NCBI GenBank assembly: GCA_037927135.1
Contig: JAXSPP010000004.1
Location: forward strand, 64,001 to 128,000
Direction of reading: 5' to 3'
DNA length: 64,000 nucleotides
From: Candidatus Pampinifervens sinense
Lineage (GTDB): Bacteria; Aquificota; Aquificia; Aquificales; Aquificaceae
Below, piece by piece: positions 42,983 to 51,767 of this stretch. A program made the translations under genes and the position numbers. How positions within the stretch are numbered: the first letter of the stretch is position 1; the number at the start of each line of letters is the position of its first letter. The notes under the pieces are model-generated. The model had not been told where the DNA came from. It searched no databases and was given only the letters and a program-made list of their open reading frames with translations.

Positions 42983-43731
42983 TATCCCTTCACCTCAATG
43001 TAGGAACTTAGCCTCTCTTCTATAAGCCTTGGGTTTTCACCCCTTACCATCATCCTACATGCATCCAAAACCATGTACATTTTGAGTATTTCCTCCTTAG
43101 ATTTTATTTTTATCTTCTTTGCAATAGGTCCAAAGATAAGATAAGAGAAGGTTATGCCGTAAACTGTAGCCACAAAGGCCGAAGATATGCCGTAAGCAAG
43201 CTCTTGAGCGTTATCAAGGCTTTTTAGGGCTTTCATAAGGCCAAAGACAGCACCCACAAGGCCAAAGGTTGGAGCACTTTCCGCAGAGTTCTTCCAATAC
43301 TCTACGGCTATTTCAAAGTCTTCTTCCTTTTTTGCTATCTCTGCCTCAAGGCTTTCAGCCAAAACGTTTTCATCCACACCAAGCACCATAAGGTCTATAG
43401 CCCTTCTAAGAAAGGGATCTTCTATCTCTTCAGCTTTCGTCTCAAGGGCAAGCATACCTTCCTTTCTTACAAGGTTTGCAAGCTCTATAAGCCTATTTTT
43501 CATCTCGATCATCTCATTGCTTCCCCCTTTGAAGGCCAATTTAAGACCTTCTATTATCAAAGAAAATTTATGAATAGGCATGACTACAAGGCTTGCAAAA
43601 AGTGTGGTAGGAACCACTATTACAAAGGCTGCAGGCTGGATTAAAAAGAGGATGCTCGCTCCTTTGAGAACTGCTCCCACAAGAAGTGCGATAAGTCCTC
43701 CAACTATGCCAATGATTGTAAGAAGGTCCAT
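42982..43731 (-). CDS. motA: flagellar stator protein MotA
   Basis: RKEGMLALE, APTFGLVGAVFGL, AFVATVYG, GENP; start placed at ATG 43731. Confidence 0.95.
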   Translation of the reverse strand: MDLLTIIGIVGGLIALLVGAVLKGASILFLIQPAAFVIVVPTTLFASLVVMPIHKFSLIIEGLKLAFKGGSNEMIEMKNRLIELANLVRKEGMLALETKAEEIEDPFLRRAIDLMVLGVDENVLAESLEAEIAKKEEDFEIAVEYWKNSAESAPTFGLVGAVFGLMKALKSLDNAQELAYGISSAFVATVYGITFSYLIFGPIAKKIKIKSKEEILKMYMVLDACRMMVRGENPRLIEERLSSYIEVKG

Positions 43732-43773
43732 GGTTATAATTATAATCGCCTCTTGTGGTTTAATATTTAAGCC

Positions 43774-44958
43774 ATGAGAGTTTTGAGCGGTATGAGACCA
43801 ACTGGAAAGCTTCATCTTGGACACTATTTTGGTGTTATAAAAAACTGGATAAAGCTACAGGAAGAACATCAAACCTTTTATATGATCGCAGACTGGCATG
43901 CTCTCACCACGGGCTACAAAAAAGTTCAGGAGATACCACAGAACATAGAGGAGATGCTTATAGACTGGATTACCCTTGGTATAGACCCTAAAAAGAGTGT
44001 CCTTTTTAAACAATCGGACATAAAAGAACATGCGGAGCTTTTTCTTATATTTTCCATGATAACACCCAAGAGTTGGCTTGAATGGAACCCAACCTACAAG
44101 GATACAAAATACAACCTTTTGAGGATAGCAGACCTCAGCCTTATGTTCAAAGGTGGCATAAGGGACCTTGTGAGGACCTTTATAGCCTCTTTGCCTTATA
44201 AGGTAGAAGACTTTGAGGCCCTTGAAGAAATGCTTTTGGACAACCTTTCAGATGCCCTTATTGAGGCCCTCTTTGAAGGCCACTTGGACAAGGAAATCCT
44301 AAAAGAGCTAAATGTTTCAAAAAGAGAGTTTTACGATACGGATACTTATGGCTTTCTTGGATATCCTGTTTTGCAAGCTGTGGATATTCTCATATACAAG
44401 GCGGAGGCTGTGCCTGTAGGAGAGGATCAATTGCCACACATAGAGCTGGCAAGGGAGATAGCAAGGAGGTTCAACAGCCTATACGGTGAAACCTTTCCAG
44501 AGCCACAGGCTATGCTTACAGAAACACCAAAGCTTCCCGGCACCGATGGGAGAAAGATGAGCAAATCTTACAACAACGCCATCTATTTTGCAGACAGCAA
44601 AGAAGAAGTCCAAAGGAAGGTGATGAGCTTTTTCACAGACCCTCAAAAGCTCCGTAAAGGGGACCCAGGAAGGCCTGAAATCTGTCCTGTCTTCTTCTAT
44701 CATAAGCTCTTTAGTCCATCACAAAAGGTAGAGGAAATAGAAAGGGACTGCAGAAGCGGTAAACTTGGCTGTGTTGACTGTAAAAGGCTTATGTTTGAAG
44801 GCCTTGAGGCCTTCCTTGAGCCTATAAGAGAAAGAAGAAAGGAGGTGGAAAAGGATAAGGAGATGTTAAAAGAGGTGTTAAAGGAAGGTGCTAAAAAAGC
44901 CAGAGTTATAGCGATCAAGACTATGGAAGAGGTAAGGGAGAAGATTAGGGTGGGATGA
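43774..44958 (+). CDS. trpS: tryptophan--tRNA ligase
   Basis: SGMRPTGKLHLGH, YPVLQAVDIL, VPVGEDQ, KMSKS. Confidence 0.97.
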   Translation: MRVLSGMRPTGKLHLGHYFGVIKNWIKLQEEHQTFYMIADWHALTTGYKKVQEIPQNIEEMLIDWITLGIDPKKSVLFKQSDIKEHAELFLIFSMITPKSWLEWNPTYKDTKYNLLRIADLSLMFKGGIRDLVRTFIASLPYKVEDFEALEEMLLDNLSDALIEALFEGHLDKEILKELNVSKREFYDTDTYGFLGYPVLQAVDILIYKAEAVPVGEDQLPHIELAREIARRFNSLYGETFPEPQAMLTETPKLPGTDGRKMSKSYNNAIYFADSKEEVQRKVMSFFTDPQKLRKGDPGRPEICPVFFYHKLFSPSQKVEEIERDCRSGKLGCVDCKRLMFEGLEAFLEPIRERRKEVEKDKEMLKEVLKEGAKKARVIAIKTMEEVREKIRVG

Positions 44959-46046
44959 TCCTTTTTTTGACAGTCTTATTCTTATTGCTTATCTACATTG
45001 TCTTTTTAGAGTTATACCCTACAAAGAGGATAAAAGCCAAGAACATCAACCTTTTCCCCTCTAAGCTACCCAGCCTTTACCTCTATTCTTTTGAGATACA
45101 CCTTCATAGCCAGTTCTCCTATGATTCTTTGGGAAAGCCAGAGGACATAACAGACTCTGCAAAGTTGGAGGATATAGACTATGTGATAGTCACGGACCAC
45201 GACAAGGACCACATAAAATACTTTGCGGACCACAGGCTTATAGCCGGCGTAGAAAAGAAGGTGCTAGGAGAGGATGGTAGCATACTTGGAGACCTTCTCC
45301 TCGTAGAGGATATAAGGGTGGTGGCCCATCCCTTCAAAGAAAAGTATAGATGGAGGATGGACCTTCCAGAGGACTACCTTTTTGAGCTTATAGACCTAAA
45401 GGATGCCCTTTTTGAAAGAAAAGGTTTGGTGTTTTTCTTCCTTCCTTATATCCTAATAAGGGGCCTCTTTTCTGTAAACTGGGCCCTTGAAGCCATTAAA
45501 AAGTTAATACCTGTGGAAAGGTATGCCCTACAGTATCTTTCTATGGGTATAGAAAACCCTATAGTGGGAGGGCTTGACCATCATGTAAAGGTGTATGTCA
45601 GAGAGGTAAAAATACGGTTCCTTTTTCCACACTATAGACACAGCTTCAGGCTCATGAGGAACTTCCTTATCTCAGAAGAAAGGGTAGAGGGTAAAGAGGA
45701 TTTTCTAAAACAGCTCAAAAATGGCCATACGGTAATATCCTTCAGCAAAAAGCCCACGCTATACTGGAAGGAAGAAGGAAGGGTTAAGATATACCCTCCT
45801 GAAAGGTGTTTGTTAATTAGGTGCAGTAAAGATGGTTCAGAAGCCTACATAGGGTCTTACTTTGAGATGGAACAGGTTGGCACAAGCCTTTTTATTGCAT
45901 ATACTTATAAATTCCGATGGTCAAACTTCTACTTTGGTCTAAAGCCCCTTTTTATCTTTTTATACAAGGAGGAAAAGGGTGATGATAGTGGAAGAGATGC
46001 CTTTGCCGGAGGAGATAAAGGAGAAGATTCTTCAAAAGGTTTCTAA
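44955..46046 (+). CDS. membrane-anchored PHP-domain metallophosphoesterase-like protein
   Basis: HLHSQFSYD, VTDH, AHP, GGLDHH motifs; N-terminal TM. Confidence 0.7.
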   Translation: MILFLTVLFLLLIYIVFLELYPTKRIKAKNINLFPSKLPSLYLYSFEIHLHSQFSYDSLGKPEDITDSAKLEDIDYVIVTDHDKDHIKYFADHRLIAGVEKKVLGEDGSILGDLLLVEDIRVVAHPFKEKYRWRMDLPEDYLFELIDLKDALFERKGLVFFFLPYILIRGLFSVNWALEAIKKLIPVERYALQYLSMGIENPIVGGLDHHVKVYVREVKIRFLFPHYRHSFRLMRNFLISEERVEGKEDFLKQLKNGHTVISFSKKPTLYWKEEGRVKIYPPERCLLIRCSKDGSEAYIGSYFEMEQVGTSLFIAYTYKFRWSNFYFGLKPLFIFLYKEEKGDDSGRDAFAGGDKGEDSSKGF

Positions 46047-46218
46047 TAAGGCCTTAGCCCTCAAGGCCTTTGAATATATAAAGCTTGTCAGAAGGGAGGA
46101 TGGAACTCTTTGGGTTAAAGAAGAGTTTGAAGACATAAACAACCATGCCCTTTGGTTTATGGTGCTTGCCTGTGTAAACTATGCTCAAAGAATATTGAGA
46201 GGAGAGGATATAGACTGA
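45979..46218 (+). CDS. hypothetical protein
   Basis: 79-aa ORF with AGGAGG upstream and TGATG coupling to the next gene. Confidence 0.7.
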   Translation: MMIVEEMPLPEEIKEKILQKVSNKALALKAFEYIKLVRREDGTLWVKEEFEDINNHALWFMVLACVNYAQRILRGEDID

Positions 46219-46565
46219 TGCCTTGGAATGTGATCGTCAAAAAAAAGTTTAGCTGGGCCCATTTTTTGACAGATTACCATGGTGCGCCAGAACCTGTGCA
46301 TGGCCACACATGGATTGTAGAGGTGCATATAAGGGTGGACAAGGTGGATGCGGGTGGGATGGGTATTGACTTTTTAGAGATAGAAGAGTTTTTAAAGAAG
46401 CTCCTTCCAGACTATGTGCTTTTAAATGATATTGTGGATTTTTCTCCAAGTGCAGAAAATATGGCAAAATGGATATACGAAAGGGTAAAAGAAAGGTTCC
46501 CCACAGTCTCCAAAGTTTTAGTTTGGGAAAAGGAAGACTGTGGGGCTGAGTATTGGGAAGATTAA
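46218..46565 (+). CDS. 6-pyruvoyl-tetrahydropterin synthase family (QueD/PTPS fold; ExxHGH type)
   Basis: FSWAH, EPVHGH, IDF, SAENMA, VWE. Confidence 0.88.
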   Translation: MPWNVIVKKKFSWAHFLTDYHGAPEPVHGHTWIVEVHIRVDKVDAGGMGIDFLEIEEFLKKLLPDYVLLNDIVDFSPSAENMAKWIYERVKERFPTVSKVLVWEKEDCGAEYWED

Positions 46566-47017
46566 CAGCTTACACAGTTCTTTTCTTTTGCTTCCCTTGC
46601 CTTCTTTGCCATTTCTGGGTCATAGGCCTTGCCTTGCCAAAGCATTTGATAGACTACTTCGTAAGTGCTTTCTGCAAGCTCTGTCAGCTCTTTGAAGAGC
46701 TTTTTAAACCCTTCGCTTTTGTGAGACTCTTCATGATCTTCCAAACTTCTCCAAAAGGTGATTATAAGCACTTCCCTATTCTTTAAAGGATGCTCTGTAG
46801 TCTGCCCTGCAGTGGAACCTTCCAAAGAAACACCGCCAGTATTGAGAGCCACAAATCCACCATAAAAGCCTGTGTCTGAGTGGTAGGTCTTTACATACTC
46901 ACAAAGGTAAGCCACCTTTTCCGCCACATCGTCCAAGGTGACCCCTTCTTTTAACACCACGTAGTTTATGTTAACTATGGCATCTTCTGGCACATCCACT
47001 ATATAGTTTCCATACAT
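46562..47017 (-). CDS. sulfur oxygenase reductase (SOR)-like single-domain protein, dimeric alpha/beta barrel
   Basis: TFWRSLEDHEESH motif, upstream Cys..H..GF.G, downstream YEVVY; strong AGGAGGT SD before ATG 47017. Confidence 0.65.
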   Translation of the reverse strand: MYGNYIVDVPEDAIVNINYVVLKEGVTLDDVAEKVAYLCEYVKTYHSDTGFYGGFVALNTGGVSLEGSTAGQTTEHPLKNREVLIITFWRSLEDHEESHKSEGFKKLFKELTELAESTYEVVYQMLWQGKAYDPEMAKKAREAKEKNCVSC

Positions 47018-47114
47018 GGTAGCACCTCCTTTTAAGATCATTCCGATATTCTAATATACTTAAAGCTTAGAAAATAAACCATGTTCTAAATCACAGAGTA
47101 AAAGAGGCCTTCAA

Positions 47115-48275
47115 TCAATAGCCCTCGTAGGCTCTCTCGTAAAGTTTGTATATATCCTCCATGGTAGGTTCTACTGGATTTATGGGAAAGAGGCCCCTTG
47201 AAAGCATGTAGGTATCCTCTGTAAGCCTCTCTATCTTTTCCCTCTCCACTCCAAGCTCCTTTAGGCTTAGCCTCAGGCCTACTTTTTCAAGGAACTTTTC
47301 AAGGGCCTTCACCGCCATATGCGGCTTTGGCTCATAGCCCATAAGCTCTGCAAAGAGGGCATATTTTTCTGGATTGCCTTTATAGTTGAAGTCTGTAACA
47401 GCTACACCAAGGGCAGCAAGGCCTTCTGCATGGGCTATGTGCGGATAGTGGGCAGATACGGGATGTTCCATGCCGTGTATAAGGGCAACCCTTTTCCTGT
47501 CTATGGCTATGCCTGCCAGCATGGCAGCGTAGCTCATGTAGGACCTTGCCTCTAAGTTCTCCGGATCTTCTATGGCCACTGGTAGCCACCTTCTTATAAT
47601 CTGTATGGCCCTTATGGCCAGTTCTTCCGCAAAGAAGTTTGAAAGCCTGTTGGTAAGGGATTCAAGGGCGTGCATGAGTGCATCTATGCCCGTTAGGGCT
47701 GTGAGCCTTCTGTCCATACTTACTGTGAGGGAAGGGTCTATTATGGCTACCCTAGGATAGTTCAAGGAGTGGGATATGACCATCTTTTCCTTTCTTATGG
47801 GGTTTGACAGGACAGAATACCTATTTACCTCGCTTCCCGTTCCGGCGGTGGTAGGAATGCATATGACAGGCCTGTTTAAAAAGGGTATGAGTCTTGGCCC
47901 TTCTGGATAGTTCACATAGTCCCACGCATAGCCTTCATTGGAGGATACTATGGATATGGCCTTGGCAGAGTCCAAGCTACTCCCACCACCGAGGCCTACA
48001 ATGTAGTCTATCTTCTCTCTTACCACCATTTCACTGGCAAGGTTTACAGCCTTGTCTGTGGGATTGGGTTCTATCTGGTCAAAGACTAAAACCTCTTCTG
48101 CGCCGTTTTTCTTTAGAGACTCTATCACCCTGTAAAGGGCACCGTTTTCCTTAGTGCTCCTTCTGCCTGTAACTACAAGCACCCTGTAGCCAAAGCGTCT
48201 TCCTACTTCACCAACCCTATCTACGGAACCGATTCCAAAGATAACTTCTACAGGCAAATAAAAGTCAAAGTTCAT
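47115..48275 (-). CDS. iron-containing alcohol dehydrogenase
   Basis: GGGSSLD, PTTAGTGSE, DALMHALE, HGMEH..H. Confidence 0.93.
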   Translation of the reverse strand: MNFDFYLPVEVIFGIGSVDRVGEVGRRFGYRVLVVTGRRSTKENGALYRVIESLKKNGAEEVLVFDQIEPNPTDKAVNLASEMVVREKIDYIVGLGGGSSLDSAKAISIVSSNEGYAWDYVNYPEGPRLIPFLNRPVICIPTTAGTGSEVNRYSVLSNPIRKEKMVISHSLNYPRVAIIDPSLTVSMDRRLTALTGIDALMHALESLTNRLSNFFAEELAIRAIQIIRRWLPVAIEDPENLEARSYMSYAAMLAGIAIDRKRVALIHGMEHPVSAHYPHIAHAEGLAALGVAVTDFNYKGNPEKYALFAELMGYEPKPHMAVKALEKFLEKVGLRLSLKELGVEREKIERLTEDTYMLSRGLFPINPVEPTMEDIYKLYERAYEGY

Positions 48276-48715
48276 GCTTCTGTTATATCTTCTCGCTGGA
48301 TTTCCACGTCCTCTGGAATGGTTGCTTCAAAGGTAAAGGCTTGGTACGTGGGCACTATACCCTCTTCTTCTGCCTTTTCTGCGCAGTGGGCATGATACCT
48401 TGTCCAAGGTATAGCCATAAGTCTTTCAATAGGGATCTCTTCTCCACAGTATTCACAGATACCGTAAGTGCCAGCTTGCATTTTGCTAAGAGCATGGTCA
48501 ATTTCCTTGATGATGAATATCTCTCTGGTGGATAGACTATCAAGGAGCTCTTGAGTGTAGGTCATTTGGCTCACATCTTCCAAGTCTCTTGGTTCCTTTA
48601 CCTCTTCTTCAATGCGGGCCTGTGTGTCTTCCTTTTTCCTGTAGCGTTCAAGGAGTTTAGCCTTTTCCTCAAGGAGCTTATTTCTCAAAAGTTCAAGCTG
48701 TTCCTTGCTTAGCAT
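48272..48715 (-). CDS. dksA: DksA/TraR family zinc-finger protein
   Basis: Coiled coil with DLED, GTYGICEYCGEEIP.ERL.AIP; start at ATG 48715 behind GGAGG. Confidence 0.8.
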   Translation of the reverse strand: MLSKEQLELLRNKLLEEKAKLLERYRKKEDTQARIEEEVKEPRDLEDVSQMTYTQELLDSLSTREIFIIKEIDHALSKMQAGTYGICEYCGEEIPIERLMAIPWTRYHAHCAEKAEEEGIVPTYQAFTFEATIPEDVEIQREDITEA

Positions 48716-48770
48716 CCCTAACCTCCTTCTTCCTAGAATGTCAAAATAATATATGCTAAAATTTTCCCTA

Positions 48771-50108
48771 ATGTATTCCCTAATACACAGGTATAAGGGT
48801 ATTACTGTAGCTATTATAGCTGTTGCTACAGGTGGTTTTCTCCTCTGGCTCTTCTTCACTGGAGGGCTGACAGACATCACCTCCCCATCAAAGAGATGTG
48901 TAGTGAAGGTAAACTCTGGATGTATCACGCTTAAAGATTATAGAAGGGAGATGCTTAGGTTTTCCAGTCTTCTTCAAAATCCACAAATGGAAAAGCTTGT
49001 AAGAGATCAAGTACTATCAAACCTTATAGCTCAAGAACTTCTTTATCAAAAGGCAAAGGATCTTTCCTTGATAGCCAGCGATGAAGAGGTTATAGAGGTA
49101 ATAAAGTCAGACCCTACTTTTCATGAAGGTGGTCTCTTTTCTTCTTCTAAGTACAGGGAGGTTCTTTCAAGGAATGGCTTAACACCAGAGGAGTATGAGG
49201 AATATCTAAGAAGGACCCTTAGTATACAAAAGCTTTTGAGGTTTTTGACCAACGGAGTTTACATAACAGAAGAGGAGCTAAATATGAACCTCTTGGTAGA
49301 TTCTGTTCTTCTGAGCGGAAGTCTCTTCCTTATTACCCCTTCGGACATAAAAGAAAAGTATGTGCCTACAGAACAGGAGCTATTGGAATACTATCAGAAG
49401 AACAAGGAAGCTTTTAAAAGGCCAGAAAGAAGGGTACTATGGATATGGAAGGAAGGAGATAAAGGAAGGGCCCTTTCCATATATAGAGAACTGAAGGATG
49501 GAAAGGAGCCTGGTGGCTACCAACAGTTCAATTTGCCGGAAGAAGAGCAAAAATTGGAAGAGGTTGTAAAGAGGGAAGCACAAAGGCTAACACCCCAAGA
49601 TAGGGTCAGTATTCTTAAAGTTGAAGGAAAGGGGTATGTGGTGGTATATTTGAAAGAGGTTGTGCCAGCTGGCTATGAAGACTTTGAGAAGGTGAAGGAA
49701 AAAGTTAAAGAGAAGCTTTTGGAGGAGAAAGGTCAAGCTTTAGCTCTTGAAAAGGCAAGGGAGATAGCAAAGGCTTTAAAGGAAGGTAAAAAGGTGGAAG
49801 TGAAAGCCCTCAACTTCTCAGATACACCAACCATACAGCTGAGCGCTGTGGTAAATATAGATCAAAAGGACCTCATACGCGTAGCTATTTCCCAGGAGAG
49901 GGTTTTTGGTCCTTATTCCCTCAGGCAAGGCTATGGAGTGCTTTGGATAGAAAGGAGGTCTAAAAGAGAGGTCAAGGAGGAAGAAAAGAGAGAGATATTA
50001 AAGGATCTTTTGAGCTTAAAAACTCAAGCTTTGCTATCAAGGTACATAGAACACCTTGAAAAGAATTCAAAGATTAAGATAAACAAAGAACTTCTTGGAG
50101 GTAGCTAG
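48771..50108 (+). CDS. SurA-N / PpiD-like membrane-anchored periplasmic chaperone
   Basis: N-terminal TM, VKVN...IT, LI.QELLYQKA..L....SD.EV...I...P.F...G.F...Y. Confidence 0.8.
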   Translation: MYSLIHRYKGITVAIIAVATGGFLLWLFFTGGLTDITSPSKRCVVKVNSGCITLKDYRREMLRFSSLLQNPQMEKLVRDQVLSNLIAQELLYQKAKDLSLIASDEEVIEVIKSDPTFHEGGLFSSSKYREVLSRNGLTPEEYEEYLRRTLSIQKLLRFLTNGVYITEEELNMNLLVDSVLLSGSLFLITPSDIKEKYVPTEQELLEYYQKNKEAFKRPERRVLWIWKEGDKGRALSIYRELKDGKEPGGYQQFNLPEEEQKLEEVVKREAQRLTPQDRVSILKVEGKGYVVVYLKEVVPAGYEDFEKVKEKVKEKLLEEKGQALALEKAREIAKALKEGKKVEVKALNFSDTPTIQLSAVVNIDQKDLIRVAISQERVFGPYSLRQGYGVLWIERRSKREVKEEEKREILKDLLSLKTQALLSRYIEHLEKNSKIKINKELLGGS

Positions 50109-50109
50109 G

Positions 50110-50889
50110 ATGGAAAAGAAGTGGAGAACAGCCATAACTCAGCATGTAGGTCATGAAACCTACATAAGAGGCTACAGGCTTTTGGACCTTGTAGGCAATC
50201 TAAGCTTTGCCCAGGCTATCTACCTTGTCCTTAAGGGCGAGCTTCCAAATGAAAAGGAGTCTAAGATGATGGAGGCCATATTTGTCTCCGTTATAGACCA
50301 CGGCATTGCTCCACCTTCTGTGATAGCTGCTAGGGCTGTAGCTTCCGGTGGAAACTCTTTAAATGTAGGTGTAGCTGCAGGCATACTTGCCTTTGGCTCA
50401 GCCCATGGTGGAGCCTTAGAGGATGCTATGAAGTTTATTCAAGAGGGTGTGGCAAGTCAAAGGCCCGTAGCGGATATTGTTAAAGAATACCTAGAGGCGA
50501 AAAGGCCCATACCAGGCTATGGGCACAGATATTACAAGGACTTTGATCCAAGGACAAAAAGGCTTATGGATATAGCCAAAGAACTTGGTTTTTATGGTAA
50601 ACATTGTAAGTTTGCAGAGGAGGTGCAAGAGGAGATAGAAAGACAGAAGGGTAAAAGGCTTGTGCTTAACGTAGATGGAGCCATAGCGGCCATAGTTTCA
50701 GAGATGGGCTTTGACTGGAGGCTTGGAAAGGGCTTTTTCATCATAGGAAGGGTGCCAGGCCTTGTGGCCCATGTGTATGAGGAGCTAACCATGGAAAAGC
50801 CCTTCTCCAAGAGATTGGATGAGGAGACGGAGACAGAGTATATAGGCGTTCCCCCAAGGGAGTTGCCAAGCGAGTTCAAAAAGATATGA
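50110..50889 (+). CDS. ccl: citryl-CoA lyase (reductive TCA cycle)
   Basis: WRTAIT, IRGY, DHG..PPS, HGGA, PGYGHR, NVDGAIA; citrate-synthase small-domain size. Confidence 0.88.
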   Translation: MEKKWRTAITQHVGHETYIRGYRLLDLVGNLSFAQAIYLVLKGELPNEKESKMMEAIFVSVIDHGIAPPSVIAARAVASGGNSLNVGVAAGILAFGSAHGGALEDAMKFIQEGVASQRPVADIVKEYLEAKRPIPGYGHRYYKDFDPRTKRLMDIAKELGFYGKHCKFAEEVQEEIERQKGKRLVLNVDGAIAAIVSEMGFDWRLGKGFFIIGRVPGLVAHVYEELTMEKPFSKRLDEETETEYIGVPPRELPSEFKKI

Positions 50890-51302
50890 GCCTTCAGGAA
50901 AGGATACTTAGGGTATATAAGTTCTTTACAGGTCTTGCCTTTAACATAGCCATAATCATCCTTCTCTTTTCCCTTTCTGTGGGTATAACAAGGACTATGC
51001 TTGAGATCGGCCTCCTCTTTACGGAAGCCACTGTGAGACTCAGCATAAAGGAGCTGGTTACAAACGTGCTTTCCATTGTTATTATTCTTGAACTCATAAG
51101 GGCCTTTGTAGATTATTTTGAACACGAAAGAGTAAGGATGGAGATACTCATTGAGGTAGCTGTAGCCTTTATGATAAGAGAGTTTATGATATACATATTT
51201 GCGGGAAATCTGAAGGGTCTGGACGTGGTCCTTTGGATACTTGGCATATTCCTACTTGTAGGTGCAAGGACCCTAACGGTTGTATTCAAACCTACTAAGT
51301 AG
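50886..51302 (+). CDS. PsiE-family membrane protein
   Basis: 4 TM, IILELIR..VDY, EVA..F.IRE. Confidence 0.75.
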   Translation: MSLQERILRVYKFFTGLAFNIAIIILLFSLSVGITRTMLEIGLLFTEATVRLSIKELVTNVLSIVIILELIRAFVDYFEHERVRMEILIEVAVAFMIREFMIYIFAGNLKGLDVVLWILGIFLLVGARTLTVVFKPTK

Positions 51303-51684
51303 TGTCTTGTTCTTCTTTGCGTAGGACCCTTTCTAATTTTAAAAGTAGCTGGAAAAGCTCTGTAGACTTATTCTTAACCATGTTTAAGATTTTTAGCTTC
51401 TCCTCTTCCGAGCTTACCCTTTCAATCTCAAAAGCAATCTCATGAAATTCACGATGGGTTTTTTCTATTTCTTCAATCAACTCCCTTATGTGTGGTGGAT
51501 ACTCTTCCAATCTGGCATATACTTCTGGATAAAACCTTTTACCAAAAGAGCAATCCTTGTGCGATTTGTGTTCAAAGGGTTGGTTGTTCTTTATGCTTTT
51601 TTCAAGCTTGGATATATATGTAGCATGGCTTGCCATGATTAAGTCTATATCCTTAGCCATTAATAATAGTTCTTGCAACATCAT
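51295..51684 (-). CDS. stand-alone CZB (chemoreceptor zinc-binding) domain protein
   Basis: H..Y, SHKDCSFGKRFY, H.EFH: 3His/1Cys CZB signature. Confidence 0.82.
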   Translation of the reverse strand: MMLQELLLMAKDIDLIMASHATYISKLEKSIKNNQPFEHKSHKDCSFGKRFYPEVYARLEEYPPHIRELIEEIEKTHREFHEIAFEIERVSSEEEKLKILNMVKNKSTELFQLLLKLERVLRKEEQDTT

Positions 51685-51767
51685 ACCTTCCTCCTAAAAT
51701 AAGTTTTTTTAAGATGGAAATTATTATAAAAGAAAAAACATGAAAAACAAATGAAAAACTTTTACAT

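Noticed and set aside
43732-43824. Longer motA start
   Set aside because: Overlaps divergent trpS; MotA homology begins at MDLLTIIG (43731)
45979-46046. 68-nt overlap of the PHP gene with the next ORF as a possible frameshift
   Set aside because: Both frames are open, the downstream ORF has its own SD, and the PHP tail looks like simple run-on
48716-48928. N-terminal extension of the DksA-like ORF
   Set aside because: Antisense to the SurA-like gene; SD supports ATG 48715
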